Positions 17,619 to 26,793 of a stretch of DNA of 64,000 nucleotides are shown here, one piece after another. The position numbers and the translations under genes are program-made. The notes under the pieces were generated by a model. It did no database searches and was not told the origin of the DNA. It worked only from the letters and a program-made list of their open reading frames with translations. Numbering within the stretch: position 1 is the first letter of the stretch; each line of letters begins with the position of its first letter. The stretch covers positions 1-64,000 of IMG/VR virus record IMGVR_UViG_3300033073_001271; one strand, written 5' to 3'. This DNA comes from a virus (lineage: Duplodnaviria; Caudoviricetes).

Positions 17619-17996
17619 ATGAGCGAAAGAAACCAATTAAATGCCTATAATCATTTTGAAGCAATTAAGAATGCAGTTGCTCAACTTGAAACAATCCACG
17701 TTTATGAAGTAAACTCCCGCCAATTTGGCGATGCAGATACACCTTCACTAAAGGCTGAAATCGCAGATCTTGACAAGAAAATCCTTGAATATGAGCTTCA
17801 GCTAGCAGATTTACATAAATATACTGAAGAACTGGAAAAAACCAATAAAGTTCTACTATCTGCTAACAATACACTTATTGAAACAAACAGGGCGCTAAGC
17901 CAAAATCACGAGGCCATTCAAGATACAGCAGAAACACTCTCTGACGCATACAACAAACTACCGCGAATTGTAAAAAAACTATATGGAGTAAAGTGA
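17619..17996 (+). CDS. Coiled-coil hypothetical protein
   Basis: ATG 17619 after GAGGG; heptad-rich sequence. Confidence 0.65.
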   Translation: MSERNQLNAYNHFEAIKNAVAQLETIHVYEVNSRQFGDADTPSLKAEIADLDKKILEYELQLADLHKYTEELEKTNKVLLSANNTLIETNRALSQNHEAIQDTAETLSDAYNKLPRIVKKLYGVK

Positions 17997-17997
17997 T

Positions 17998-19452
17998 ATG
18001 AGCCAAGCTGTACTAGAAAATTTACCAGTTGAACGAGCAGTCTTGGCTGGCATTTGCCAGTACGGCTTGGAAGTTTATGTGGAATTGGACTTCTTGCAAC
18101 CAGAGTATTTTAGCCATGAAATTAATCAGGTAATTTTTACATGTTTGCAAGATATTATTAATTCAAATCAAAATATTGAATTATCAAGCCTGTTCTCAAC
18201 AGCAAATAAATTGGGTGTATATGAATTAATTAACAAGACGACCGAATTGAGTTTTATTCGGTCGTTATTTAATTTTCCAATAAACAAAGAAAATATACCA
18301 AAATTTGCGGCCAAACTGACTAAGCTAAAACTAGCCAGAGATATCAAGAGAACTTTATCTATCTGTGATAAGTCTATCGGCAAAATCACAGGAGATGAAA
18401 ATGTTGAAGATATTATAGGCATGATTGAAAATCCAATCATGGAAATAACTTCTTTAGCGTATAAGGAACAAAACAATAAAACTGTTCTACTTGGAGAAAA
18501 TATCAATGAGTATGTTGACTATCTAATTAATAATCCAACTGAGTATCTTGGAATACCAACTGGATTTCCTAAATTAGATGAAGCTATTGGAGGTGGACTG
18601 AGAAGAAAATCAGTAACATTAATTGGCGCTAGAACTGGCGTTGGTAAAAGCGTTATTTCAACAAATGTCGCCGATTATGTTTCTGGTAAATATAACATAC
18701 CTTGTCTTTATCTAGATACAGAAATGGATTTAGGGGACCAAAGAAATCGTATGCTTGCTAAGATAAGCGGCATTAAAATTAACGATATTGCGAAAGGTGC
18801 TTTTTCTAAATCTTTTAAGGATACTGAAAAGGTAACTCAAGCTGCAAACTACTTAAGTAAAATCCCTTATCACTACATATCAATTGCTGGACAACCATTT
18901 GACAATATTCTAAATATCATTAAAAGGTGGATACATCAATATGTTGGATTTGATGAAAATGGTAGAACAAATGATTGTTTAGTAATCTATGACTATTTTA
19001 AACTTATGAGTTCTGCTGGACTTGGTGCTGCTATGCAAGAATATCAAGCATTAGGATTTCAAATCACTAAGATGAACGATTTCTGTATTAAGTATGATAT
19101 CCCATGCTTATCTTTTGTTCAGCTTAATAGAGAAGAAGAAATTGCACAATCGGATAGATTACAATGGCTTGCTTCTACTGTGTTAAAATTTCAAGTTAAA
19201 AGTGACGAAGAAATGGCTGATGATGGATATGAAAATGGAAATAGAAAATTTGTTATTGTTAAGGCTAGACATGGAACAGGTTTAGATTATGGAAATTATA
19301 TCAATGTCAAAATGAATGGTCCAACAGCTAAATTGACTGAATGGTTTACAAGAGATGAGATTAAAAATGGAGCGGCAGCAAATGTCTCTGAAAACAACGA
19401 CAACTTCGAAATACGAGAAAGTGAGTCGGGAGAAGATTTATTCAATCTGTAG
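17998..19452 (+). CDS. dnaB: Replicative DNA helicase DnaB
   Basis: ERAVLAG N-terminus, GIPTGF, GARTGVGKS, IYDYFKLM, FVQLNR, KARHG. Confidence 0.92.
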   Translation: MSQAVLENLPVERAVLAGICQYGLEVYVELDFLQPEYFSHEINQVIFTCLQDIINSNQNIELSSLFSTANKLGVYELINKTTELSFIRSLFNFPINKENIPKFAAKLTKLKLARDIKRTLSICDKSIGKITGDENVEDIIGMIENPIMEITSLAYKEQNNKTVLLGENINEYVDYLINNPTEYLGIPTGFPKLDEAIGGGLRRKSVTLIGARTGVGKSVISTNVADYVSGKYNIPCLYLDTEMDLGDQRNRMLAKISGIKINDIAKGAFSKSFKDTEKVTQAANYLSKIPYHYISIAGQPFDNILNIIKRWIHQYVGFDENGRTNDCLVIYDYFKLMSSAGLGAAMQEYQALGFQITKMNDFCIKYDIPCLSFVQLNREEEIAQSDRLQWLASTVLKFQVKSDEEMADDGYENGNRKFVIVKARHGTGLDYGNYINVKMNGPTAKLTEWFTRDEIKNGAAANVSENNDNFEIRESESGEDLFNL

Positions 19453-20458
19453 TGAACTATCAGATAGAGTCCCGTCTCTAATGCAAGCCTTAAATATCGA
19501 TTTTATAGAATTTCCGAATCGAGTAACTTTCCCATGTCCTATTCATGGTGGAGATAACAATGAAGGGGCTTGTATTTTTATAGATGGATCTAAAACTAAA
19601 GGTAATTGGAGGTGTTGGACCCATTGTTGCGAAAAAGACTTTGGTCAAAATATGATTGGTTTTATCAGGGGTGTATTATCTAAAAAAGAAGGAAAAGAAA
19701 TTAGCTTCTATAAAGCTCTAAACTTTTCATTATCTTTTTTAAATAAAAAGATTCTTGATATTCCAGAAGAAAAGATTAGCGAAACTATTTACGAAATCAA
19801 TAAAATCAATGAGATCGTAAATAGAAAACCAGAAAAAATCAATCTTAATCTCTCTAGAGAACAAGTCATTGAAAATTTGACAATACCATCTAATTACTAT
19901 ATAAATAGAGGCTATTTACCAGAAACCTTAGTGGCTTTTGATGTTGGAGAGTGTTATAATCCTAATAAGCAAATGAACAATAGAGCAGTCGTTCCAGTCT
20001 ATGATATAGATGGTAGCTATGTTGGTTGCACAGGAAGAGCAATAAGTGATGACATAAAGCCCAAATGGTTTAATAGTAAGGGCTTTAAAAAAGCTCTTTA
20101 TTTATATGGTATATCAGTAACTATGCCATACATTAAACAGACAAACACAATTGTTCTTGTAGAAGGGCAGGGTGATGTTTGGAGATTGTATGAAGCTGGA
20201 ATTAAAAACTGCGCTGGAATATTTGGATCTGATTTAAGTGAAGACCAGTTAGTTGCACTAGAGGAAATGTCAATCTTCAATGTTGTAATATTAACTGATA
20301 CAGATGAAGCTGGTGAAAAAGCTGCCGAAAGTATAAAAAATAAAGGTGGAAGAAGATTTAATTATTATAGGCCCAAAATTTCTAAAAAAGATATTGGCGA
20401 AATGTCTATTGAAGAAATAAACACAGAACTCAAACCTCAAATAAAAGGATTATTTTAA
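19382..20458 (+). CDS. dnaG: DNA primase (Zn finger + TOPRIM)
   Basis: CPIHGGDN...WRCWTHCC zinc finger; LVEGQGDV and LTDTDEAG TOPRIM motifs. Start uncertain. Confidence 0.85.
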   Translation: MSLKTTTTSKYEKVSREKIYSICSELSDRVPSLMQALNIDFIEFPNRVTFPCPIHGGDNNEGACIFIDGSKTKGNWRCWTHCCEKDFGQNMIGFIRGVLSKKEGKEISFYKALNFSLSFLNKKILDIPEEKISETIYEINKINEIVNRKPEKINLNLSREQVIENLTIPSNYYINRGYLPETLVAFDVGECYNPNKQMNNRAVVPVYDIDGSYVGCTGRAISDDIKPKWFNSKGFKKALYLYGISVTMPYIKQTNTIVLVEGQGDVWRLYEAGIKNCAGIFGSDLSEDQLVALEEMSIFNVVILTDTDEAGEKAAESIKNKGGRRFNYYRPKISKKDIGEMSIEEINTELKPQIKGLF

Positions 20459-21280
20459 ATGTCAAGAATTTTAGCATTTTCTGGTAAAAAGCAGTCGGGT
20501 AAAAATACACTTTGTAATTTTCTACATGGTTATCAACTAAAGTCATTTGGGGTAATTGACGGTTTTGAAATTACAGAAGATGGCAAACTCATTATTGATA
20601 CAATGATTAAAGATGACAATGGAAAAGATCAAAGAGGAAAGGGTGAAGTTGATGTAACTCGCACTGATATTGAGTTTTCAATTTGGGCTATGGATAGCGT
20701 TTGGCCTTTCATTAAACATTATGCATTTGCCACAACATTAAAAGAAATAGCAATTGGTCTATTTGGAATTGACAGAGATTTGCTTTATGGCACTGACGAG
20801 CAGAAAAATACACTAATAAACTACAAATGGGAAGACATGCCAACAAAGGTAAAAGGCAAATCCGGACAAATGACAGCTAGGGAATTTATCCAATATTTTG
20901 GTACAGAAGTTTGCCGTAAAATTTATCCAGATATTTGGACAGATAAAACTATTTCCGATATTACTACAGAAGAACCGCATTTTGCCGTAGTAACAGATGC
21001 AAGATTTGAAAATGAAATTAAAGCAATCCAAAATGCAGGTGGCAAGGTAATTAGACTTACGAGAACTGTAGATGATGAAGATGCCCATGCTAGCGAACTA
21101 GCCCTCGATAGTTACGATGGTTTTGATGGAGTTATAGACACACAAAACCTTAACATACAAGAGTCGTGTGTCAAACTACTAGAACTGATGGATGGATGGG
21201 GATGGTTCTCTAACGAAATAGTCATACCTCCTAGACGCGAATCTTTTGATCGCAAGAAGAACGTAACAACTATTAAATGA
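20459..21280 (+). CDS. Deoxynucleoside monophosphate kinase-like
   Basis: SGKKQSGKNT P-loop, REFIQYFGTEVCR, VTDARFENE, HASE. Confidence 0.85.
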   Translation: MSRILAFSGKKQSGKNTLCNFLHGYQLKSFGVIDGFEITEDGKLIIDTMIKDDNGKDQRGKGEVDVTRTDIEFSIWAMDSVWPFIKHYAFATTLKEIAIGLFGIDRDLLYGTDEQKNTLINYKWEDMPTKVKGKSGQMTAREFIQYFGTEVCRKIYPDIWTDKTISDITTEEPHFAVVTDARFENEIKAIQNAGGKVIRLTRTVDDEDAHASELALDSYDGFDGVIDTQNLNIQESCVKLLELMDGWGWFSNEIVIPPRRESFDRKKNVTTIK

Positions 21281-22308
21281 TCACTACATATTTTAGAAGT
21301 TCCAGTTTAAATAACTGGAAATATTGCGAGCTGCAATATTTTATGACGTATGTTCTTGGTCACTACTCGCCTTCAGGTAAAAAAGCAGACTTAGGAACTA
21401 TTACTCATGCGGTGTTTGAAACACTAGCTATTTGCAAAAAGAGAACTCAGTTTAATAAAAGAAATACAATGAAAGTCACTCAAGAACCCTTGGGTGATTT
21501 TTCTTTCACAGATAGTGAATTATATACTGATGATTTTGTGAATTACATATTGGGTCGTAGTTTTGATTATTATCAAAAAAATTGCACCCATAATAATTTT
21601 ACGCAAAAAGATTATGAATTTTGTTATAAAATGGTATGGGATACGCTTGCTTATAACAAAGGACAGTTTGATCCGCGCAACCGTAAAATTATAGACACAG
21701 AACCTCATTTTGATATACCAATTAATGAAAGCTGGGCAAAATTTGATTATACGTTGCCATCAGGTGAAAAATTATCTGGAAATCTGGCAATAAAAGGCAC
21801 AATCGACCTTGTAACTGAGCTAGAGGATGGTACAATTGAGGTAATCGACTGGAAAACGGGCCAAAGGCTAGACTGGGCAACGGGCGAAAAGAAAGATTAT
21901 GATAAGCTCATGAAAGATACTCAACTATTGCTATATCATTATGCAATTAGTAAAATGTATCCTAAACATAGACATTCTATCATGACTATTTTCTTTTGTA
22001 GAGACGGTGGACCATTCTCATTAGCTTTTGACAAAGAAGATGATGCTAATTTTATAAAGTATCTAGAAAAAATGTTTAAAGAGATTGTATCTAATCAAAC
22101 TCCAAAACCAGTTTCTAGAGAAAGAAGTAGTTTTAAGTGTCAAAAACTTTGTCATTATTATAAAACTAATTGGCCCGGAACAGACACTACAATGTGTCAC
22201 TATGTTGAAGATCAACTAAAAACTATAGGAATGCACGAAACGGTTAAGAATTGTTCTAAACCGGGGTTCACAATTGGAAAATATAAAGATCCGGGGGCGG
22301 TTGAATGA
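21277..22308 (+). CDS. PD-(D/E)XK exonuclease (RecB/Cas4-like)
   Basis: RSSSLNNWKYC, GTITHAVFE, KGTIDL, VIDWKTG and C-terminal C..LC.Y...C. Confidence 0.8.
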   Translation: MITTYFRSSSLNNWKYCELQYFMTYVLGHYSPSGKKADLGTITHAVFETLAICKKRTQFNKRNTMKVTQEPLGDFSFTDSELYTDDFVNYILGRSFDYYQKNCTHNNFTQKDYEFCYKMVWDTLAYNKGQFDPRNRKIIDTEPHFDIPINESWAKFDYTLPSGEKLSGNLAIKGTIDLVTELEDGTIEVIDWKTGQRLDWATGEKKDYDKLMKDTQLLLYHYAISKMYPKHRHSIMTIFFCRDGGPFSLAFDKEDDANFIKYLEKMFKEIVSNQTPKPVSRERSSFKCQKLCHYYKTNWPGTDTTMCHYVEDQLKTIGMHETVKNCSKPGFTIGKYKDPGAVE

Positions 22309-23915
22309 GGATACCAGCTATTACTACTCACTATTCATTATTAAAAGGGTTTATCAAACCCGATGAAGCAGCTAAGAAATGTAAAGAGCTTGGCTACACA
22401 CATTGTCTACTAGCTGACGATAATTTAAGTGGTGTTGTAGACTTTTTTAGCTGTATGAAAAAAGAGGGTATAGTTCCCATCATTGGCTGGAAAGCTGATG
22501 GTGGTTACTATATCGCAAAAACTTTATTAGGATATAAACTTCTAATCAAACTTGTGTCAGGAGAAAATATAGTTTATACTGATAAAGACCTCCAGTTCTA
22601 TAACGAAGGTGAGCTTTATTTAATGGAGGTTTGTTATGCTGAAGAAAAAGACGCTATTCTTCACAGAATTGTACTTTGCTCAGGTTTAAAAACGACTCTT
22701 AAAAAATCAAAAGAAGCTAACCTTGGTGAATTCAAGAAATATTTTGACTCAAGCGGTTACTATTTTAAATCAAAAGATACCTTAATAACTAGAGATTACT
22801 CTAATAATAATAAGCTAATTTTATCTTTGGAAGATTATACAATTTTTTCTAAGCCAAAATTACCAAAGGTTGATTGCGGAGGAATCCCAGAAGATGAATA
22901 TTTAACCGAACTATGTCGCCAAGGTTGGCGTAAAAAATTGATGCACCTAAAAGGGGAGCAAAAGCAACAATATGCAGATCGTATAAAATATGAGCTATCT
23001 ATTATTAATGGATTTGGACTGTCTGGTTACTTTTTAATTGTGCAAGACATTATTGATTTTGTACGAAGAAATGGATGGTTGCCGGGTCCGGGACGGGGTA
23101 GTGCAGGTGGATGCTTAGTTTCATATTTATTGGGAATTATTGATATTGATCCATTGAAATATGATTTACTATTTTCAAGATTTTTAAATGCTGGTAGATT
23201 TAGCAAAGACAATATATCATTACCAGATATTGATATGGACGTACCTTCTATTTATCGCGATGAAATTATTGAATATATCAAAAATAAATATGGCAAAGAT
23301 CGTGTATATCAAATGATTACTCTTGGTCGTCTTCAAGGTAGATCAGCAGTAAAAGAAGTTGCAAGAGTTTATGGCAATATTTCTTATACAGAACTAAATG
23401 AACTAACTAAGAGTTTACCCCAAGAAGCGTCTATTTCAGACGAGTTAGAGGAAATGGATGTGAAGTCGGTGATTCTATGGACATTAGAAGATGACAGAAG
23501 AAAAGAATCTGAAATGATCGCATCTAGAGAAAAACTAAAACAACTTTTGATAGCTGAGGGGGGATTGAGCGATAGCGAGATAGATACAGCATTAACGAAT
23601 AAAATTCCAGACAAGAGAAAGCTGCATAAATGGTGTAAGATAGATCAAGATGGCAATCTTTCTGGGGAGTTGTCAGATTTGTTTGATTTGGCTATAAGAA
23701 TAGAAGGAACTTATAAAAGTCAAGGAAAGCACCCAGCCGGTGTGATTATATCAAATGAGGATTTAATCAATGACGCTCCATTAATTAAAGATAAAAATGG
23801 AGATAATATTGTAGGATTTGAAATGTCTGATCTTGATAAAGTCGGACTGACTAAGTTTGACGTTCTTGGTATTAACTTATTAGATAAGATTATGGAAATT
23901 ACAAATGACGAATGA
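22305..23915 (+). CDS. dnaE: DNA polymerase III alpha, N-terminal part (degenerate PHP + palm/thumb)
   Basis: GPGRGSAGGCLVSYLLGI, LLFSRFLN, LPDIDMD, GKHPAGV, KFDVLG; ends about 14 aa later. Confidence 0.9.
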   Translation: MRIPAITTHYSLLKGFIKPDEAAKKCKELGYTHCLLADDNLSGVVDFFSCMKKEGIVPIIGWKADGGYYIAKTLLGYKLLIKLVSGENIVYTDKDLQFYNEGELYLMEVCYAEEKDAILHRIVLCSGLKTTLKKSKEANLGEFKKYFDSSGYYFKSKDTLITRDYSNNNKLILSLEDYTIFSKPKLPKVDCGGIPEDEYLTELCRQGWRKKLMHLKGEQKQQYADRIKYELSIINGFGLSGYFLIVQDIIDFVRRNGWLPGPGRGSAGGCLVSYLLGIIDIDPLKYDLLFSRFLNAGRFSKDNISLPDIDMDVPSIYRDEIIEYIKNKYGKDRVYQMITLGRLQGRSAVKEVARVYGNISYTELNELTKSLPQEASISDELEEMDVKSVILWTLEDDRRKESEMIASREKLKQLLIAEGGLSDSEIDTALTNKIPDKRKLHKWCKIDQDGNLSGELSDLFDLAIRIEGTYKSQGKHPAGVIISNEDLINDAPLIKDKNGDNIVGFEMSDLDKVGLTKFDVLGINLLDKIMEITNDE

Positions 23916-24132
23916 AAAGTTTTTGGATTATGCTACAGTAATTAGAGATGGTAATGATATTGACTATAAAGATTTGAGTTTATCAGATCTAAGGAATCAT
24001 GTACCTTGGTACAGAGGAAGGAAAGCTGGAATTTATCAGGTACACAATAATAAATTTTCTCAAATATATCACGATTTGAACGAAGCAATCACAAAGTTTA
24101 TTGAATTGAGAGGAACATATGGCTCTAAATAA
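23905..24132 (+). CDS. Hypothetical protein between the dnaE halves
   Basis: 75-aa ORF overlapping both neighbours. Confidence 0.6.
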   Translation: MTNEKFLDYATVIRDGNDIDYKDLSLSDLRNHVPWYRGRKAGIYQVHNNKFSQIYHDLNEAITKFIELRGTYGSK

Positions 24133-24826
24133 TGGTCGGGATTATATTGTATTTGACTTTGAAACTGGTGGCAGAAATCCAAACAAATGTCAATTGACGC
24201 AAATTTCAGCTATTGTGCTTCATGGTAAAAAGTTGACTCTCCAGCCCGGTGGAGTCTTCGACATCGAAGTAAGGCCCGAATTTGACGACGAGAAGGCTAT
24301 TGCAGCAGGCTTTGATCCAGTTGAACAGGGCGCTTTGGATGTTACCAGAAAAACACGGGAACAGCTTGAAAAAGCGGTTGGACCAAAAGTTGCATGGCAA
24401 CAATTTAGCGCATTTGTTAATAAATTTAATATGAAGGGATCTCCGTACTTTGCTCCTATTCCAGTTGGATTCAATATCAACAACTTTGATATGCCAATCA
24501 TCAATCGATATTGTAATCTATATGGCCCAAAGGATGAGAAGAATGACAAACAAAAGCTAGTTCATCAAATTTATAAAGTAGATATGATGGATGTTTTATT
24601 TGGGTGGTTTGAGGATAATGACGCAGTACAAAAGTTGAATATGGATTATTTACGTGGGTTTTTTGGGTTCTCAGAAGAGAGCAAAGCTAATGCACACAAC
24701 GCTCTATCAGATGTTGTTGACACTGCAAATATTTTTATTCGCTTTATGAAATATCATCGTAAACTAAATAGCAAAACCACATTTGAAAAATCTTTTGCCA
24801 ATTCTCCTATGGATATTGTACTATAA
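24119..24826 (+). CDS. DEDDh 3'-5' exonuclease (DnaQ/epsilon-like)
   Basis: VFDFETGG (ExoI), GFNINNFD (ExoII), HNALSDV (ExoIII). Confidence 0.88.
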   Translation: MALNNGRDYIVFDFETGGRNPNKCQLTQISAIVLHGKKLTLQPGGVFDIEVRPEFDDEKAIAAGFDPVEQGALDVTRKTREQLEKAVGPKVAWQQFSAFVNKFNMKGSPYFAPIPVGFNINNFDMPIINRYCNLYGPKDEKNDKQKLVHQIYKVDMMDVLFGWFEDNDAVQKLNMDYLRGFFGFSEESKANAHNALSDVVDTANIFIRFMKYHRKLNSKTTFEKSFANSPMDIVL

Positions 24827-24842
24827 AAATAAAGGACATTTA

Positions 24843-26444
24843 ATGGTTGCCATTAAAGATATCAAAAATTTTGATGATGAAGCGACTTGGAATTTGATTT
24901 GCAGCGGTAAGACAAAGGGTATTTTTCAATTAGAGTCGGGTCTTGGTTCTGTTTGGGCCAAAAGATCACAACCTCGTAGTATTGAAGAGTTGGCCGACCT
25001 TGTATCTATTATTCGTCCGGGAACGCTAGAGGCTGAACTGGACGGCAAATCAATGACCAAGCACTACACAGACCGAAAAGCTAAAATTGATGAGACTAAA
25101 TATCTTGATCCGGCGCTAGAACCGATTCTTAATAAAACTTATGGTATTATTGTATACCAAGAGCAAGCTATGCGTATCGCTACTGATATTGCGGGGTTTA
25201 CACCAGAAGAGGCTGACTCATTGCGTAAAGCTATGGGTAAAAAGGATGCGGCTCTTATGCAGGAAATTAGAACTAAGTTTATTAATGGCTGCAAATCTAA
25301 AAACATTGTTACCGATCAGTCAGCAGCGCAAATCTTTGATTGGATTCAAGCGTCAGCGCGATATTCATTCAATAAAAGCCATGCTGTTGCTTATGCTATT
25401 AACGCATTTGGATCTGCTTATTGTAAAGCCCACGATCCACTAAAATTCTTTGAAGTTTATCTGAACAATGCTTGTCACAAGCCAGAAAAACAGATTGAAA
25501 TTAAAGAATTGATTATGGATGCCAAATATCATGGCATAGAAGTCCTGCCACCAAGGTTGGACTTTTTTTATCGTAGATTTACAATGAACAGGGATAAGAA
25601 TGTAATCTATTTTGGTTATAGTAATGTTAAACATGTTGGAGAGGGTGAGCAAGAAACATTAGCTAAAGTTGTCAGTGACGCTGAAAAGATTTGCAAAAAA
25701 CCTATTAATCAATTTAATTGGCTTGATTGTTTATTTTTGATAGGCAATGAGATTAAAAAGAATGCATTCATATCAATTATTAGCGTTGGAGGTTTAACCG
25801 GAAAAAACAACCAAATATCAAGAAATAGAATGATATTTGAGTTTGAGAATTGGAATAGATTATCTCCAAAAGAACAAGAGTGGATGTTAAATTATTGGCG
25901 ACATACTACAAATATGGCTAATGATTCTTTTGTAAATTTAGTTAATTTAATGATTAATAACAATCCAAAAATTACATCGTCTAGAATGAAATCTGTGATT
26001 GATATTTATCAAACATTACAAAATCCTCCATATTCATTGGAAGATGATCACTCTTGGATAGCTGATATTGAACAGAAACTGATGGGATGCGCTTTAACAT
26101 GCTCTAAAACTGACATCGTTAATACAAATTTACCATATGAAGTAAATGTAACATGTTCAGAAATTTCAAAGGGTGAAATTAAAGGAATGCAAGACGCTTG
26201 TATTGCAGTTACACTAAATGAAGTTAAGGAATATACAATTACAAGAGGCAAGTCTATAGGAAAAACTATGGCTTTTATTAAAGCAGAAGATGGTACAGGA
26301 GAACTTGATTCTATCACTTTATTTTCCGAAGAATTTGAGAAAAATAAGAAGTTGCTTTTTGAAGGAAATACGGTATTATTATTAGGAGAGATACAAGAGA
26401 GAAAAGACAAATCGCTTGTAGTTAAGGAAGTTTTTCAAATTTAG
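24843..26444 (+). CDS. dnaE: DNA polymerase III alpha, C-terminal part (fingers + OB fold)
   Basis: ATG 24843 after AAAGGA; GIFQLES, IRPG, TYGIIVYQEQ, LRKAMGKK, YSFNKSHAVAYA, MAFIKAEDGTG. Confidence 0.9.
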   Translation: MVAIKDIKNFDDEATWNLICSGKTKGIFQLESGLGSVWAKRSQPRSIEELADLVSIIRPGTLEAELDGKSMTKHYTDRKAKIDETKYLDPALEPILNKTYGIIVYQEQAMRIATDIAGFTPEEADSLRKAMGKKDAALMQEIRTKFINGCKSKNIVTDQSAAQIFDWIQASARYSFNKSHAVAYAINAFGSAYCKAHDPLKFFEVYLNNACHKPEKQIEIKELIMDAKYHGIEVLPPRLDFFYRRFTMNRDKNVIYFGYSNVKHVGEGEQETLAKVVSDAEKICKKPINQFNWLDCLFLIGNEIKKNAFISIISVGGLTGKNNQISRNRMIFEFENWNRLSPKEQEWMLNYWRHTTNMANDSFVNLVNLMINNNPKITSSRMKSVIDIYQTLQNPPYSLEDDHSWIADIEQKLMGCALTCSKTDIVNTNLPYEVNVTCSEISKGEIKGMQDACIAVTLNEVKEYTITRGKSIGKTMAFIKAEDGTGELDSITLFSEEFEKNKKLLFEGNTVLLLGEIQERKDKSLVVKEVFQI

Positions 26445-26457
26445 GAGTTTTGATTTT

Positions 26458-26790
26458 ATGAATTGTTGTCACTTTGTAGGAAAATTGGCTGCTGATCCAG
26501 ATTTGCGAGAAGTTAACGGAACGTATGTTGTTAATTTTTCATTAGCGGTAGAAGATTACCGTAAGGATAAAAACGGGGAAAAGCATCGCCAAGTTAATTT
26601 TTTAGATTTTGAAGCATGGGACACAGGAGCAACAACTATCGCTAAATACTTTAAAAAGGGCGATATGTTGATTATTGATTCTGAAGCTAGACAGCATAAG
26701 TGGGTTTCAAATGAACAACAACGAAAGAAAATTGTCTTTCGTGTAAAAACATTTAAATCGGCTGTACAAAGACCAGAATTAGAAGGATAA
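26458..26790 (+). CDS. ssb: Single-stranded DNA-binding protein
   Basis: N.C.FVGKLAADPDLR, VNFSLAV, FLDFEAW, FKKGD. Confidence 0.88.
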   Translation: MNCCHFVGKLAADPDLREVNGTYVVNFSLAVEDYRKDKNGEKHRQVNFLDFEAWDTGATTIAKYFKKGDMLIIDSEARQHKWVSNEQQRKKIVFRVKTFKSAVQRPELEG

Positions 26791-26793
26791 CAT

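Noticed and set aside
19382-19452. 71-nt dnaB/dnaG overlap as a dual-coding signal
   Set aside because: Both overlapping parts are low-complexity termini and the primase start is uncertain, so this is ordinary compaction.
23880-24900. Split intein joining the two dnaE halves
   Set aside because: No Cys/Ser-initiated intein N-fragment after the N-extein and no HN-C/S/T C-terminal motif; the halves end and start directly in polymerase sequence.
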